From NCBI RefSeq assembly GCF_006345805.1, contig NC_043003.1:41106001-41170000 (forward strand): DNA of 64,000 nucleotides. Reading direction: 5' to 3'. A model generated the notes under the pieces. It was not told where the DNA came from and made no database searches. It worked only from the letters and a program-made list of their open reading frames with translations. The position numbers and the translations under genes were made by a program. Shown here one piece after another: positions 27,674 to 41,170 of this stretch. The DNA is from Octopus sinensis. Lineage: Eukaryota. Within the stretch, counting starts at the first letter, position 1, and each line of letters starts with the position of its first letter.

Positions 27674-27960
27674 ATGGTGCACACCTTGGAGGTGAGAGAG
27701 TCTGTCCAGGTCGAGCCAATAATTCTCCGCATTGAAAAGCTACAAGTCCGGTATTTCGGAAATGTGATTAGAATAAGACAGGAAGGAATCGTGAGATGGA
27801 TTCTTCAAGCCGTTACGACAGGCAGGAGACCTAGCGATAAACCGAGAACGAGATTGTTGGAAGACATCCCTAGCTTCATTTTTTTCTCATGGTTGGGAAT
27901 CTAACGGGAAGTTTAAATGATTCTTGCTTCTGATAGGACCCTATGGAGGATGTACTTGAT
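27674..27960 (+). pseudogene. RTE-clade LINE 3' fragment
   Basis: VRESVQVEPI..RIEKLQVRYFGNVIR...GRRPSDKPRTRLLEDI fits the RTE C-terminal pattern RLRWFGHVxR...GKRPRGRPRxRW. Confidence 0.75.
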
Positions 27961-28529
27961 TGAGGACTCTATCCTCACGATCCGCGCAACAATTGTGGGC
28001 AGAGGTGAGTGGATTAGATTAAAACTGATGTCACACCAACACCCGATTTAACGAATTCGTATTTCCAAGAACCCTCCCATCATCACATTCAGTTTCAGTT
28101 GCACAACTTCTATACAATTTAGAATTAAACTTTGCCTCTTTACAACCGAGAGTGACGTGATCATTTCATTATTCACGATAAATCTTTGTTTCCAACATGG
28201 TATGTGCAGACACTATTTCGACTTCCTCCTCCATCATTAAAATGTACATTTTCAACAAAAGTCAATGTGTTAACTATATACAGACATTTATATCTCTAAA
28301 CAAATCTCTCAACTTATTTACTGCAGTCGGCTGAAAATAAACATTTCATTCTAAACGGTTTACATTTAAGCAGTTTAACTCATTATATCAGATATCGCGT
28401 TTCTTTCCTCTTCTTTTTGTTTTTCAGACTGAAGACAGATATGTATCTTAATATTGCAATATTTTCATTCAGAAATCTCTCCTCTTACGCCACGGGAAAT
28501 AAGTCAACAACAAAACACTTACACACACA

Positions 28530-28606
<77 letters not shown>

Positions 28607-29828
28607 TATATATATTTATATATGTATGTATATATGCATATATACGTGTGCTTACATACACATACACATATATACATATATAAATATTAAATGTATGTAT
28701 GTATGTATGAATGAATGTATGTATCTACACACACACAGACACATACACATATATATATATATCTTTCCACCTGACTATCAGATATCCTTTTGCATTACTT
28801 GTAACAGTCCGCTTCCATTTTCCCCTAGAATCCCAGTCCTCTTCCATTTGGGCCGCAATTGTTCGATTATATCACATTTTCCCACCATTTTCAATGATGT
28901 GTTGCGGAATCTACTGTCACAGCCGGTTTTATGCCTTTATTCCAAGAACTGATTGAGTTTACGTGTATCGAATTTCAATCAGTCTCCTATTTATTCGAAT
29001 GAAATCGGAATCAACTGAGCGTCTTTCCTTGAAAGCGACGGAATCTGACCCAGGCAATGTTGAAATTCAAATTTACTATCACTAGATATGAAATTGTGTG
29101 TCCATATCGTCATACATACGTTGTGCTTACTCTGATTTTATAAGCATAATTTTAGCTACCGAATAAAAGTATCATTATACGCAGACAAGGAAATAAGAAC
29201 TGGATGAAAAACAAGGATGTAAAGAAATTAGAAAAGGAGACGACGAAGAAACACTAGAACAAGAACCGGATGAAGAATGAAACGAAAGAGAGTAGAGAGG
29301 AAAAGAAGAGGAAAACAAAATAAATAGTAATAGCAATACTTGTTGTAGAACAAAGAAGTAAAATCACAAAGAGCGAGGTAAAATTACCCAACAAGAGGAG
29401 ACAAAATGGTTCGGAGATTCTGCAGAGAATTTACGAGATATATAATATCAGAAATGGAAGTTTGCAAACTTTTATACGAAGAGACTTAAAGACGAAAGTG
29501 CCGACTACTTTGTTTTAATGGTATTTCATGTAATTTCAACAGTCGTTTTCGGTCATCGGAGAGGAATTTTCATTTATATCTTCGAAATATGTCTCTCTTC
29601 AATATTATGGCTATAGAATTTAACGAACAACGCGAAATACAGACACGACTGCGAGCGTTACACAATATTGCATTTAATGTGTTTATATACAAATACGTAC
29701 GCACGTACATACATACATACATACACAACATGTACATATATAAATAAATAAATACATACATACATATATATATATATATGCATGCGTCTATGTATAATAT
29801 ATATATAAACATAAATGTCTATATAACT

Positions 29829-29861
<33 letters not shown>

Positions 29862-30721
29862 CATACATAAACATATATATATATGCATGTATGTAAGTAT
29901 GTATGTATGTATGTATGTATGTATGTATCTGTATCTATTATATATAGGTAGGAATGTGTGAGTGTGTATATTTTTGTGTGAATGTCTGTACGAGAATGAT
30001 TCTGTCTCTTGGTATATATGTAAATGCACACATGCTCACATATACGTATATGTAACTATGTGCGTGTGTGTGTGTCTATGTGTTAGTGCGTGTGTGTTAG
30101 TGCGTATAGTGCGTATCTGCTTTTTGTATGGTTGTGTGTGTATTTACGTGTGTATATATCTATGTCTATGTGGAAAACATTTATTGATACGTAAACACGA
30201 AACAGTATATATATATACAATATATAAAGATATAAACCTACACACACTCACACACGCACAAACACATGCACATACACACACGCAATTATATATATAACAT
30301 TATATCTTTATAGAACGTTTATTACGCCAAGCGTTTTTTAGTGAATAAACCAATGATTTCACATATGTGTGGACATATATGTACATTTATATATATGTGT
30401 GTGTGTGAGTGTGTTCGTATGTGTTTGTTGATGTCAAATGAAAGTATTAATACCACATCGTTTATTATAAAAATATCTATATAATGGGTATCAAGAATAT
30501 TATCATTTTCCCTATGACTTATTCCATTCAGTACTAATATTCCATCTTATTGAACATTTAGCATTACATAGTGAGATGAAAGTGGTAGATCAATCGCATT
30601 ATTGTACACCTAGAAAAACACACTATAATACACAATAATAGACTCTCTCTTGCTCACTCCCTCCCTCTCACTCTTACACTTTGTCTGTCTCCTTCTCGTC
30701 TCCGTGTACATTTATATATAT

Positions 30722-30756
<35 letters not shown>

Positions 30757-30772
<16 letters not shown>

Positions 30773-30857
30773 ATGTGTGTGTGTGTGTGTGTGTATATAT
30801 ATAATATATATGTATTTATGTATGTATATATATATATATATATACATACAAACATAA

Positions 30858-30890
<33 letters not shown>

Positions 30891-31017
30891 TACATATAAG
30901 CATAAATATATATATATGTGTGTGTGTGTGTATGTGTGTGTGTGTGTGGTGTGTGTATATATATAATATATATGTATTTATGTATGTATATATATATATA
31001 TATACATACAAACATAA

Positions 31018-31050
<33 letters not shown>

Positions 31051-31085
31051 TATACATATAAGCATAAATATATATATGTATGTTT
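30757..31085. repeat. ~160-bp higher-order duplication within a TA/TG microsatellite
   Basis: CATACAAACATAAA at ~30845 and ~31005; CATATAAGCATAAA at ~30893 and ~31054. Confidence 0.8.
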
Positions 31086-31161
31086 ATATATATATATGTG
31101 TGTGTGTGTGTTTCTCTATATAAGTTTGTAAGTGTACACGCATGTACTTATGCATATATAT

Positions 31162-31212
<51 letters not shown>

Positions 31213-32384
31213 GCACACACACACACACATACACACATATATACTAATGTATGTATATATTGATATATATAAAGAACTATGTGCGGGCAAATGTGTATAT
31301 TTACATGTATGTGTGCGTGTATGTGTCTGAGGATGGTGCGTGTGTGTAAACAGTAAAAATAGATATATTCTTCGAGTTTTTTCTCTCTCTTTGTGAGTTT
31401 CGTGCAGTTTTTGTGGCAATGCAGTTCCCAGATACCTTTTATAAATCCGGATAAAGGCACACTAAAATGTGCTGCTCCCTTTTTATGGTAAACAGGACTA
31501 ATGTCATTTTGCGTGAACAGTGTCCTCAGAATGTGACCGCTTATTTTATATGATGTCAGCCATTTTGTGATATTTTTCTCTTTTAGTCATTACACTGCGA
31601 CCATGCTGGCGTGTGTATGTTAGTTCCCTATTTATTTCACATTCTGATGAGTTATGCGGGATTGTTCCCATCTTTAATCGTTTATTTTTATAGGGAATAT
31701 AAGTATAGGATAGATGTGGTGTTTTCTAATTTTTGACACTCTCCTCTTTACTTTCTCTTTGCGTTGAGTACTGTAGAGCATTATAATTACTGTCTGTTGT
31801 AAGTGCATGACGGAATATTGTCCTATTGAAAAAGGAAAACACAGCAGTTAGAATAATGATGTTTACGATAATTCCGTTTGCAGTAAAATTCGTAAATCAA
31901 GTTGATCATTAATAGCTTGTTCTCAGCCTTACAAGCTTGTGTTTTGTTATTGATGAGGAGGTTGTTAATCTTTTGTTTTTGTAATAAAATTATTTTTATT
32001 AGATTACCGTTTGGTGCAAAGCGTTTTTTCTTTTCTTTTAAGAGGTTTTTGTTAATTTGTTTGTTCATCTCTTCTATAGTTAGAATGCATTTGATTCATA
32101 TAATACCCATTATATGTGGTTTGTGTTTATTTAATGGGTCAGAACGTGATGTATGTATTGCATTGTATGTTAGTTTAATTTGCGATGAGTTTTAGTCTAT
32201 CTCTTTGCTTGCATACGCGTTGTTGCTTTCGGCCATATCACTTTGAATTCTCCGGCTCTCGACCGGTGACCGCAGTTAAATAATGTCCCGGGCCAATTAA
32301 TATTTAGACGTGTGACTGTTTGGAAATCTTATTTGCTGTTAGTATCACAGCTTAGGAACATAATATTGTAACTTCAATTATTGA

Positions 32385-32470
32385 ATCGGACATCACGGCG
32401 GGACCTTGAGCAAGGCTTTTCATTCCACTTTGCTCCATCCTACTCAGTTGAAAATTAGTACAATCCGAGT
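32385..32470 (+). mobile_element. Old SINE fragment with CORE-like segment
   Basis: ACCTTGAGCAAGGCTTTTCATTCCACTTTGCTCCATCCTACTCAGTTGAAAATTAGTA. Confidence 0.4.
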
Positions 32471-34219
32471 GATGGTATAAAATTTTCTTCCTGCAGCAGC
32501 CATATTATGGATGTGCTGCTGTATCAAATGATGGAGGTTGTTTTTGAGTGCTCGCGAGTATATGCACACTTAAAATAAGTAGCAAGAGCGTGATACTCCT
32601 TATAAGCCATTTCCGTTCGCGGGTGACGGTTGTCTCTAAATAAGCTTTATTACTTAGTGTTTGTTTCATTCTCTAAATGCTGTATTCCGTTTATGGAGTA
32701 AGATATCTTGATGTTATCAATTGGTCAGTCTCCTACTGCCTCTTCAAAAAGTGCATGCACTGGTTGTTTTTAAAACCGCCTTCGTTCCACTCGAGATGTT
32801 AGATTGATCGATGATTTCTAAGTACAAGATATTGACCTTCTTGATGATGAAACGCATACTTACACTTTTCAAAGTTTGAACTCGTCTATTGCACATAAGG
32901 AAGAAAGTAGAACGGATGTTACAAGAATCGGAAGTAACTTCAGAGCAGAACGTTAGATGTAATTAAATAACTACCGTTTAAATTGATCGTTACTCAATGA
33001 TTAATTAGATCGTTACTCCTGAAAATTCTAAGTAAATATAACTGAAGAAGGGTTTGAGTGACTGTGAGAATCCGAGAAGAGCTTTATAACCAATAAATCA
33101 CAGTATTTTGTTGAATGGAAAAGGGGCAACTATCAAGAGAGATTTAACAATAGTGGTGATAGTTATAAGTCTGTAGTGGGCTGAATGTGATGTGGCATAT
33201 CATATCGATATGACGTAGCACACAACCGAGTGTAGAGCGTAGAAGTAATGCTTAAAGGTCCTCGCATCGGAGTAACCAGTGAACATCGAAGAATCAACAG
33301 CAAGAAGGAAGAAATATTATTTACATATATTTATTCGTTTGCCCGACAGGTAGTTAAAGAGACAGTAGCAATTCTAATGATAGTGACAAGGTTGGCTCGC
33401 TGGTTAGTAGTTGATAGTGTAGAGGTTGCTGTCTACTAGTAGAGAGTGAAAGAGTAAAGAAGCACGGTGCTAACTAAAAAGGAAGAAAGGATAAAGTAGC
33501 AGCGTCTTTCTTGCGACCGAATCCTTCGCTTCTATGTCGAGCGAAGGGCGAGGAAAAGTTCTGCCCTTGATCATGGCTGACGCAAAATATGGTGTTGCTC
33601 CTTGGTCTGGCTGACACAAAAGAGGAAGAAATAGGAAATTCTCCTTGTTATATAGACAATGGTTAGTAATGTAGGTCAAATCTTAAACAAAGGACTGACC
33701 TTTCCTTGACCAGCACAGGTCCTTGACGAACAAGTGTTTCTCAATCAATCATCTGATGTGGAGAGGATTTCACGTTTTTTTTTTTGACAAGCAACAAGCG
33801 GGTAGATTTGGTTTCAAATTTCAGGCAGGGCGAAGCGAGGTCCCTACAAGTCTGTCCTTTTTTAACCATCTTCTAATATTCATTCGCCTTTTGAGATAAC
33901 TGGTTCAGGATGGAGTTTTTACTACATAGTTGATCAGGTACACTTAAGGAAGAAATCATATGATAAATATCGTTCTGCCTGTAAACACTGTATTTTCTTC
34001 ACAGACAATGCTTCTAGAATTTACCCACGCTCTCTTTTAAAGATGGTAGAATGTGATTTCAAACATGTGCCGATCGATCTAGAACGCCGTTATTCGTTGC
34101 TATATATGGAATAATAAACATTAAATGGTGGAATTTACTATATATTTTACTGTGAATTACAGTCGAGAATAAAATATAGGTTGTATACATTTTAGCACAT
34201 ATTTTTGTATATGTAGCAA

Positions 34220-34271
<52 letters not shown>

Positions 34272-34798
34272 ATTGGTTATAGTAATAAACTTTGCATACT
34301 ATCTTTCATTGTATTGAGTATTGAGCGTGGTTGTGTATACTGCAATGCACTTAGTTATAATTATTTTAATGTACACTGCAGTGTTTACTGGAGAGCACAT
34401 TCTAGTGAACATGATACGACATATGAAATATATGCTTCTGTGGTGGTACAACATGTAGTATTCAGGTTAGTATTTTCAAATTATATACGAAGCTGGTACT
34501 TTGAAATTGGTATATGGCTAAATAGTTTTTGATTGGATAACGGCATAGATTCAAAGATTTTCTGGAGCGAAAAATGGAGTTCTCGCAAGAACATACATTT
34601 TTACCGGTAGATGTATTTTTATACTTATTTATTTATTTGTTATTTAACTTTTTTTTGCAGTGGTGCATGCAATTTATCGGCATTTATTTTTTGCCTTACT
34701 AACAAGGAAATGCACAAAAAAGCATTTTTCCTATACCACACTTGGTATATTTTTGCACATATATATATGTTCATATGTGGGCATATAAAAGTACACAA

Positions 34799-34831
<33 letters not shown>

Positions 34832-34938
34832 CATAAACATACATACACACACACATTTATATATAATCTTAGATTTCTTCCTTCCCTCTGGACTTTTCTC
34901 TCTCCTCTAGCGAAGGAACAACCTCGAAACGGTATACG

Positions 34939-34980
<42 letters not shown>

Positions 34981-34998
34981 TACACATATATATTATAT

Positions 34999-35036
<38 letters not shown>

Positions 35037-35800
35037 GTGTGTTTATGTGTGTATGTGTGTGTGTGTGTGTGAATAAGTTAACAAATGCGGATGCGTATAA
35101 GTCTTTGACACTATTTTTAGATTAGAATACGCCAAACTTTCTTTTCTTTGTTTAGGACACGTTTAAAATAAATTTTAATCTACATAACAGAAATGTTTTT
35201 TTCGAGTGACTTCCATCACAAAACAGATGTGTACCAAAATAGCTTATGCTTTTACATTGCGAACGTGTTATGTGTATAAATGGAAGAGGAAATTTCAATA
35301 ACAGAAGAAGAAATTAAGGGGTAAATCTATAGAATGACAACAATGGCATGACTAAAGATTATAGACAGACAATAGCATGGTGCCTGGAAATGAGTAACGA
35401 TGACCGATTGATGACTAATGTCAAGAGGTCACCTCAATAGAAATTCAATACAAGAGACCGTTATATCCGTAATTTGAACAAATCCTGGTCATTTAAGAAA
35501 TGGCCATTAACTCAATTTTAGATATATTTTTATTGTTAGTTTCAGAACCGGTCACGAGTGAGCAACGAAAATTTTGATCCTGAAGAAGTAAATAAAAATA
35601 TGATTCTGCAGCTTTTGGGTACTTTTAAATTGTTAAGCTGGTTCTGTGACAATGTAACACGCATTGTTGAAGTACATCTCATGCGTGTGTGTGTGTGTGT
35701 GTTTGTGTGTATGGTTATAAGATTTGAGCCATTTTGAATGTACATATCATCATAATGCATGCACTCTTTCATATATAAACACACACACATACCCACACAT

Positions 35801-35920
35801 GAAGGCGCAAGCGGTGGTAAGACGTTAGCTGCCCAACCACAGGGTTGGTCAAATGTTGTGTACTATAAGCCCTGGCTGACCAAATCCTTGTGTCTGCGTT
35901 TGGTAGATGGAAACTGAAAG

Positions 35921-35922
<2 letters not shown>
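35801..35922 (+). mobile_element. SINE family B 5' half, degenerate
   Basis: GGCGCAAGCGGTGGTAAG...CCAACCACAGGGTT...GACCAAATCCTTGTG...TTTGGTAGATGGAAACTGAAAG. Confidence 0.7.
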
Positions 35923-35960
<38 letters not shown>

Positions 35961-35994
35961 TATATATAATATATATATATATAATATATATATA

Positions 35995-36041
<47 letters not shown>

Positions 36042-36757
36042 ATATAGGAGATAAATAAAAATATATGCATACATACAAACATATATGTACGTACCTACAT
36101 CTACATGTATATATACATGCATATATAAATAATTATACGGAAGTACAGGACATCACAATAAGACGTAGAAACAGAAAAAGCCAAAAAACAAAAAACAAGA
36201 AAACGGAAAACGAAAAACAAATACAGGACAGGTTACACAAGGACAAAACCCCCGTCATCAGCTGTCGCAGAGGAGTCAGGCATGTTTCGAAGGCATAACA
36301 GAACACTAATCCAATAGGCCTTCCTGCGAGAGAATTAAAATAAAATTTCAAGCAGCGGGGCACAATGAGTACGAACACAAACAAGACGTAACAATAAGAC
36401 TGCAAAATTAAAATACATGTACAAAAACAAACACAAGAGGACGAACGAAAAAGCCTTTTTTCTATATATATATATATATATATATAGTAATCCCTTGCCA
36501 TATCGCAGTTCAGCCGCTAATCATCTAAGCTTACGTCGATTCTTCCGTTGTTTTGCATTTATAATAAAAAAATATATCGACTGTACTCTTTCCGACGAGG
36601 AGCTATGCATGAAACGTTAACAACTCTCTCCTTTCACAGAAGGTCAATTAATTTTGCTTGTGCACGTACTCACGTTCGCTTTAATTGTTTGTTCTTATAA
36701 TTGATTATGTATATTTATACCCGTGTATATATATATATATATATATAGATATAATAT

Positions 36758-36813
<56 letters not shown>

Positions 36814-37637
36814 ATATATATACGTACATACATGCATACATAATACATACATACATGAACACACTACAAAACACATATCTCTTGCCATCAATATTCCTAT
36901 GTAGTCTATGTTCACGACTGACATTATCATCAACACACCACAGCTGTCACTGGACCGTTGGTGCAGTCTACAGGTTTTCTATCGACGTGCTAGCAGTGAC
37001 AACTAAAAATCCGTCAAATAACACCTTGCCTTCTTAATATGGAACACATATGGAAATGCAGTATGGTCTACTCTACTGAAAAAAAAAGAGAAAAGTAAAG
37101 GAGACAGCATGAAAGTCGTCTTAGATGCATATTAATGTTGGTCTTCTGAATACGAGACGGAAATGATTAAACAACAACAGTAACCAGGAGAACAATAACA
37201 CAAACACTGAAACTATCGCAATAGCGCTACTAACACCACTAACACAGTTGTGAACACCACAACTAGAACTACAACACCATGTTGCATTCCTGTCACCATG
37301 AACAATATCAACATGGCCAACAGCAATGTCATTAGCACCAACAACTGTGCAAGCGACTGCATCATCATTAACACAATCAATTTCACCTGAAATGCCAAAT
37401 ATTAAACACTAAAACCTTCAATTCCGTCCGCTAGAGCGCTGTTTCTTTTACGTTTTCTCTTCCATTGTGACGAATGATATTACGGTAGCGAAACCAAATG
37501 TCGCTGTTGTTATACTATTACAACAAAATTCAATATGACACATTCTATCTCGTAAATCAACAAAATAATTGCCGTTCGACAGCAACTGTGTCACCACAAC
37601 CACCAACATTACCAATTTCATGACCAGCAGCACCAGT

Positions 37638-38010
37638 GGAGGCGCAATGGCCCAATGGTTAGGGCAGCGGACTCGCGGTAGGAGGATCGCGGTTTCGACT
37701 TCCAGACCGGGCGTTGTGTGTATTTATTGAACGAAACAACTAAAGCTCCAAGAGGCTCCGGCAGGGGCTGGTGGCGACCCCTGTTGTACTCTTTCGCTCC
37801 AACTTTCTCTCACTCTTTCTTTCTGTTTCTTGTCCCCGACTTCCTACGCAACCGCTGAGCCTGGATGCGCATTCAACCATCCGTCGATGCTCTCGGTGTC
37901 GAGGGTTGACCTGCTTTCTCTTCTGCGGGTCTTATGAATAGCAAAGGACCATGTTTCGGGCTTCTCCCATCTTGCGAGCTCTGTGACGAAGACCGTTCGC
38001 TCAACAGCAA
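37638..38010 (+). mobile_element. SINE with family C head and a different 3' body
   Basis: A-box TGGCCCAATGG and B-box GGTTTCGACTTCC; matches family C up to ~37830, then diverges (GTCCCCGACTTCCTACGCAACC...GACCGTTCGCTCAACAGCAAC). Confidence 0.8.
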
Positions 38011-38138
38011 CAGAAACCAGCAGCACCAGTAACACCAACAACAGCACCACCACGCTACCCTGTGACGAAGACCGTTCGCTCAACAGCAAGAGAAACCAGC
38101 AGCACCAGTAACACCAACAACAGCACCACACGCTACCC
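37981..38138. repeat. 79-bp tandem duplication
   Basis: CTGTGACGAAGACCGTTCGCTC...CGCTACC at 37981 and 38060. Confidence 0.95.
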
Positions 38139-38429
38139 TAAATCTATCTCCGCTCAATGAGGGAATCTCTACTTGGTCCACCGACCTGCTAGAAAGAACA
38201 GCTAAGCATCCATCAAACCACACATTTATCTTGTAAATATATAGATATAAATAATGTAATAATAGCAACAAAAAAAGAGAGAGAAAGAAAAACAGACATC
38301 AATATTGAATAATATAGGCCTGGATAAATGCCTGAATAAAAGACGGCTATAGTCTGGCAGAATCAGAATGACCATTCTGCTCAATTAGTGTTGACTTTGG
38401 GCTAAATAGAAACAACACCCACCAATAGT

Positions 38430-38775
38430 TTTAGAATCAAGTACATTAACCACCACCGTCACCGTATTTATTATCAAAGACACCACCATCACCACCACAT
38501 CAGCGTTACCACCATTGCCAACACCACCGCCACGACTCGTACGACAGTAAAAATCTCAATGGCCACTAATACCATTAACGATCACAAAATCCGTTGACAC
38601 CAAGAATAATACAACGATCACCGGACAGCACCCCTTAACCATCCCCAGTGCCACGAGTAAACATCACCACCACCAACAACAACACTAGCCAGCACCACCA
38701 CAACGGACGATGAAGACGACTACCACCAACACAACAAGCAGCAGCAGTACCTCCACCATCACCACCACCACCACC

Positions 38776-38807
<32 letters not shown>

Positions 38808-39015
38808 CAACAACAACAAAAGCAAGAACGACAGTACAAGCACCGTCACTATAAGCGGTAGCATCACGATCATCATCACCATCATAATCACAACCAGGCA
38901 CTCCCAGCATCATCAGCACCAGCATCAACGCGCCCATCACCATCACCATCACCTCTACAGCAAGCAACAATATTATTAGCCAATACACGGTCACTATTAA
39001 CGTTGCTTCTAACAC
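38430..39015. repeat. Trinucleotide low-complexity block (ACC/AAC/ATC)
   Basis: Direct reading; explains the poly-T/N/H and poly-V/G ORFs. Confidence 0.85.
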
Positions 39016-39813
39016 ATCACATCAAAATGGCTGTTCAATGAAGGTGTCAGGCTGAAGATAAAGGTTGATGCTTCAACAGAATCTATTTGATGGTGATTTA
39101 ATAAGGAATCTGTCTTTTGGCAAAACTACTTTCCCATTTATTTCACTTTGTCTTCATTATTTGTTGCTGACGCTATTGTTGTTGTTGTTGTTGTTGGTGG
39201 TGGTGTTGTAGTTGTCGCTGTTGTTGTTGTTGTTGTTGATGATTTACTCGATGTGGTTATTTTTGTTGATTTATTGGCTTTGTTGTTTTAGTTGAATTTG
39301 TTAGTGGCTGATATTGTTTACGTTGATTTTCTTGGTGATGTTCTTGTTGCGCTTGTTGATATTATTATATTATGTCTTGTATTTAACTGTTTTGTTTTTA
39401 TCAAATAAGTTGTACAGAATGTGATCTTTTAAAAGATCCATTAACAAAATTACTCCTCTGCCTCTATCTTCCTCTTCTCTAACCCTCACATTCTTTTTCT
39501 CATTTACTTATTCCGCTTCTCCTACCGTTTCCACCCATGTTATCTCCCCACTTTTTCTCTCTCTTTCTTGCCCCATTTCTCTCTCTCTCTCTCGGTTTCT
39601 GTCTTCCCAGTCTCTTTTTCTTGCTCTGTCTTTCATTCTTTTCTCCTTTAGTAGCTTCAGCCTATCTTGTATCATTTTATATTAAGCTATTCATGTTCTC
39701 AGTCTCTCTTTGTATTTTCTCCCAGTCTAAGATTGACATTACCTCCTCAATGCTTGCTTGTTTCTGAAACACACAAATAGGCACTCATATAGAAATATAT
39801 ATATATATATATA

Positions 39814-39884
<71 letters not shown>

Positions 39885-39986
39885 TATATATAATATATAT
39901 ATATATACATATATACATATATACATACATATGTATACATATATATATGTATGTATGTGTACATATATGTATATATATGTATGTAT

Positions 39987-40031
<45 letters not shown>

Positions 40032-40582
40032 CATACTTATATATACACACACACACACACACACACTAATATATATATATACATATAAACATATGACTGC
40101 TAATCCGATTTAGACTCTTCCATCATACACACACACATATATAGTTACACTGACATATGACTCTCTCCATTTCTCTCTCTCTCCCTCTCTCTCCTTCCCT
40201 CCCTATCTGTCTTTCTCTCTCCGGCTCTCTCTTAATATTTCCCTCTCTCTACATACCTCTCTCCCTCTATTTCTCTCTCTCTCTTTCGTTTGCTACTTTT
40301 ATAGCTTTCTTCGTCATTTATGCAATCTACAGAGACAACAACAACGGCTGAAACAGTTGTAGCGTTTTCTGAATTCATTCAGTTGCTTGTGCTTTCTGGC
40401 TACAACCGAAGTTTCAGAGATATTTTCATAACGTGATATCAAAATACCAAAGTAAACTAAGATGTAAATATGAATTTGATAGTCAAACGCGAATGAAAAT
40501 TCGAATTGAGGGACACGGATTTACACACGGACACATGACCACACACACGCGCTTGCGATCACGTACACACGTATGTACTCAC

Positions 40583-40767
40583 GTAGATATTGGATTGCTG
40601 TCCACTTAAACTGTCATCTGGTTTTGTATTGCCAAAATAAACTAGATAGAATTTGATGGAGCTCATTATTTTTCCAAGCACTCGTTCCACGTCTCCAGCT
40701 TCAGGATATCTTCCTCCTTTCTTCGCAGCAGTCCTTTGAAGCAAGGTCACCACCGCACCTTTCCCTC
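40583..40767 (-). other. Possible orphan exon (unrecognised product)
   Basis: Open frame GGKGAVVTLLQRTAAKKGGRYPEAGDVERVLGKIMSSIKFYLVYFGNTKPDDSLSGQQSNIY ends exactly at a consensus donor C|GTGAGT; CTAAC-TTTTT-GGAAG| lies upstream. No protein family recognised. Confidence 0.3.
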
Positions 40768-40842
40768 CTTCCAAAAAGTTAGATTGTGCATGCATACATA
40801 TACCTACAAACACACACATATATATATATATATATAATATAT

Positions 40843-40990
40843 ACGGCAGGCTTCTTGCAGTTTCCGTCTACCAAATCCACTCACAAGGCTCTGGTCGGAC
40901 CGAGGCTATACTAGAAGACACCACGCAGTGGGCTAAACACGAAACCATATAGTTGGGAACCAAGCTTCTTACCACACAGCCACGCCTGCA
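40843..40990 (-). mobile_element. SINE family B 5' half
   Basis: CAGTTTCCGTCTACCAAATCCACTCACAAGGCTCTGGTCGGACCGAGGCTATACTAGAAGACA...ACCACACAGCCACGCCTGC. Confidence 0.85.
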
Positions 40991-41010
40991 TCTAATATAT
41001 ATATATATAT

Positions 41011-41081
<71 letters not shown>

Positions 41082-41112
41082 TAATATAATATATATATAA
41101 TATAATATATAT

Positions 41113-41170
41113 ATGATTGTCACACGCTGACGAGAGGTCAATACCTCGAACTCGAGTCCGTGTGTATCAT
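41113..41170 (+). ncRNA. Type I hammerhead ribozyme motif (core GAAA reads GAA in this copy)
   Basis: Stem I CACACG/CGTGTG, core CTGACGA, stem II GAGGT-CAAT-ACCTC, GAA, palindromic stem III ACTCGAGT, GTC cleavage triplet, stem I extension ATGAT/ATCAT. Confidence 0.8.

Noticed and set aside
33035-33100. CTGAAGA-A-GGGTTT...GAATCC-GAGA hammerhead-like string
   Set aside because: GAAA and the NUH site are both non-canonical; too many changes needed.
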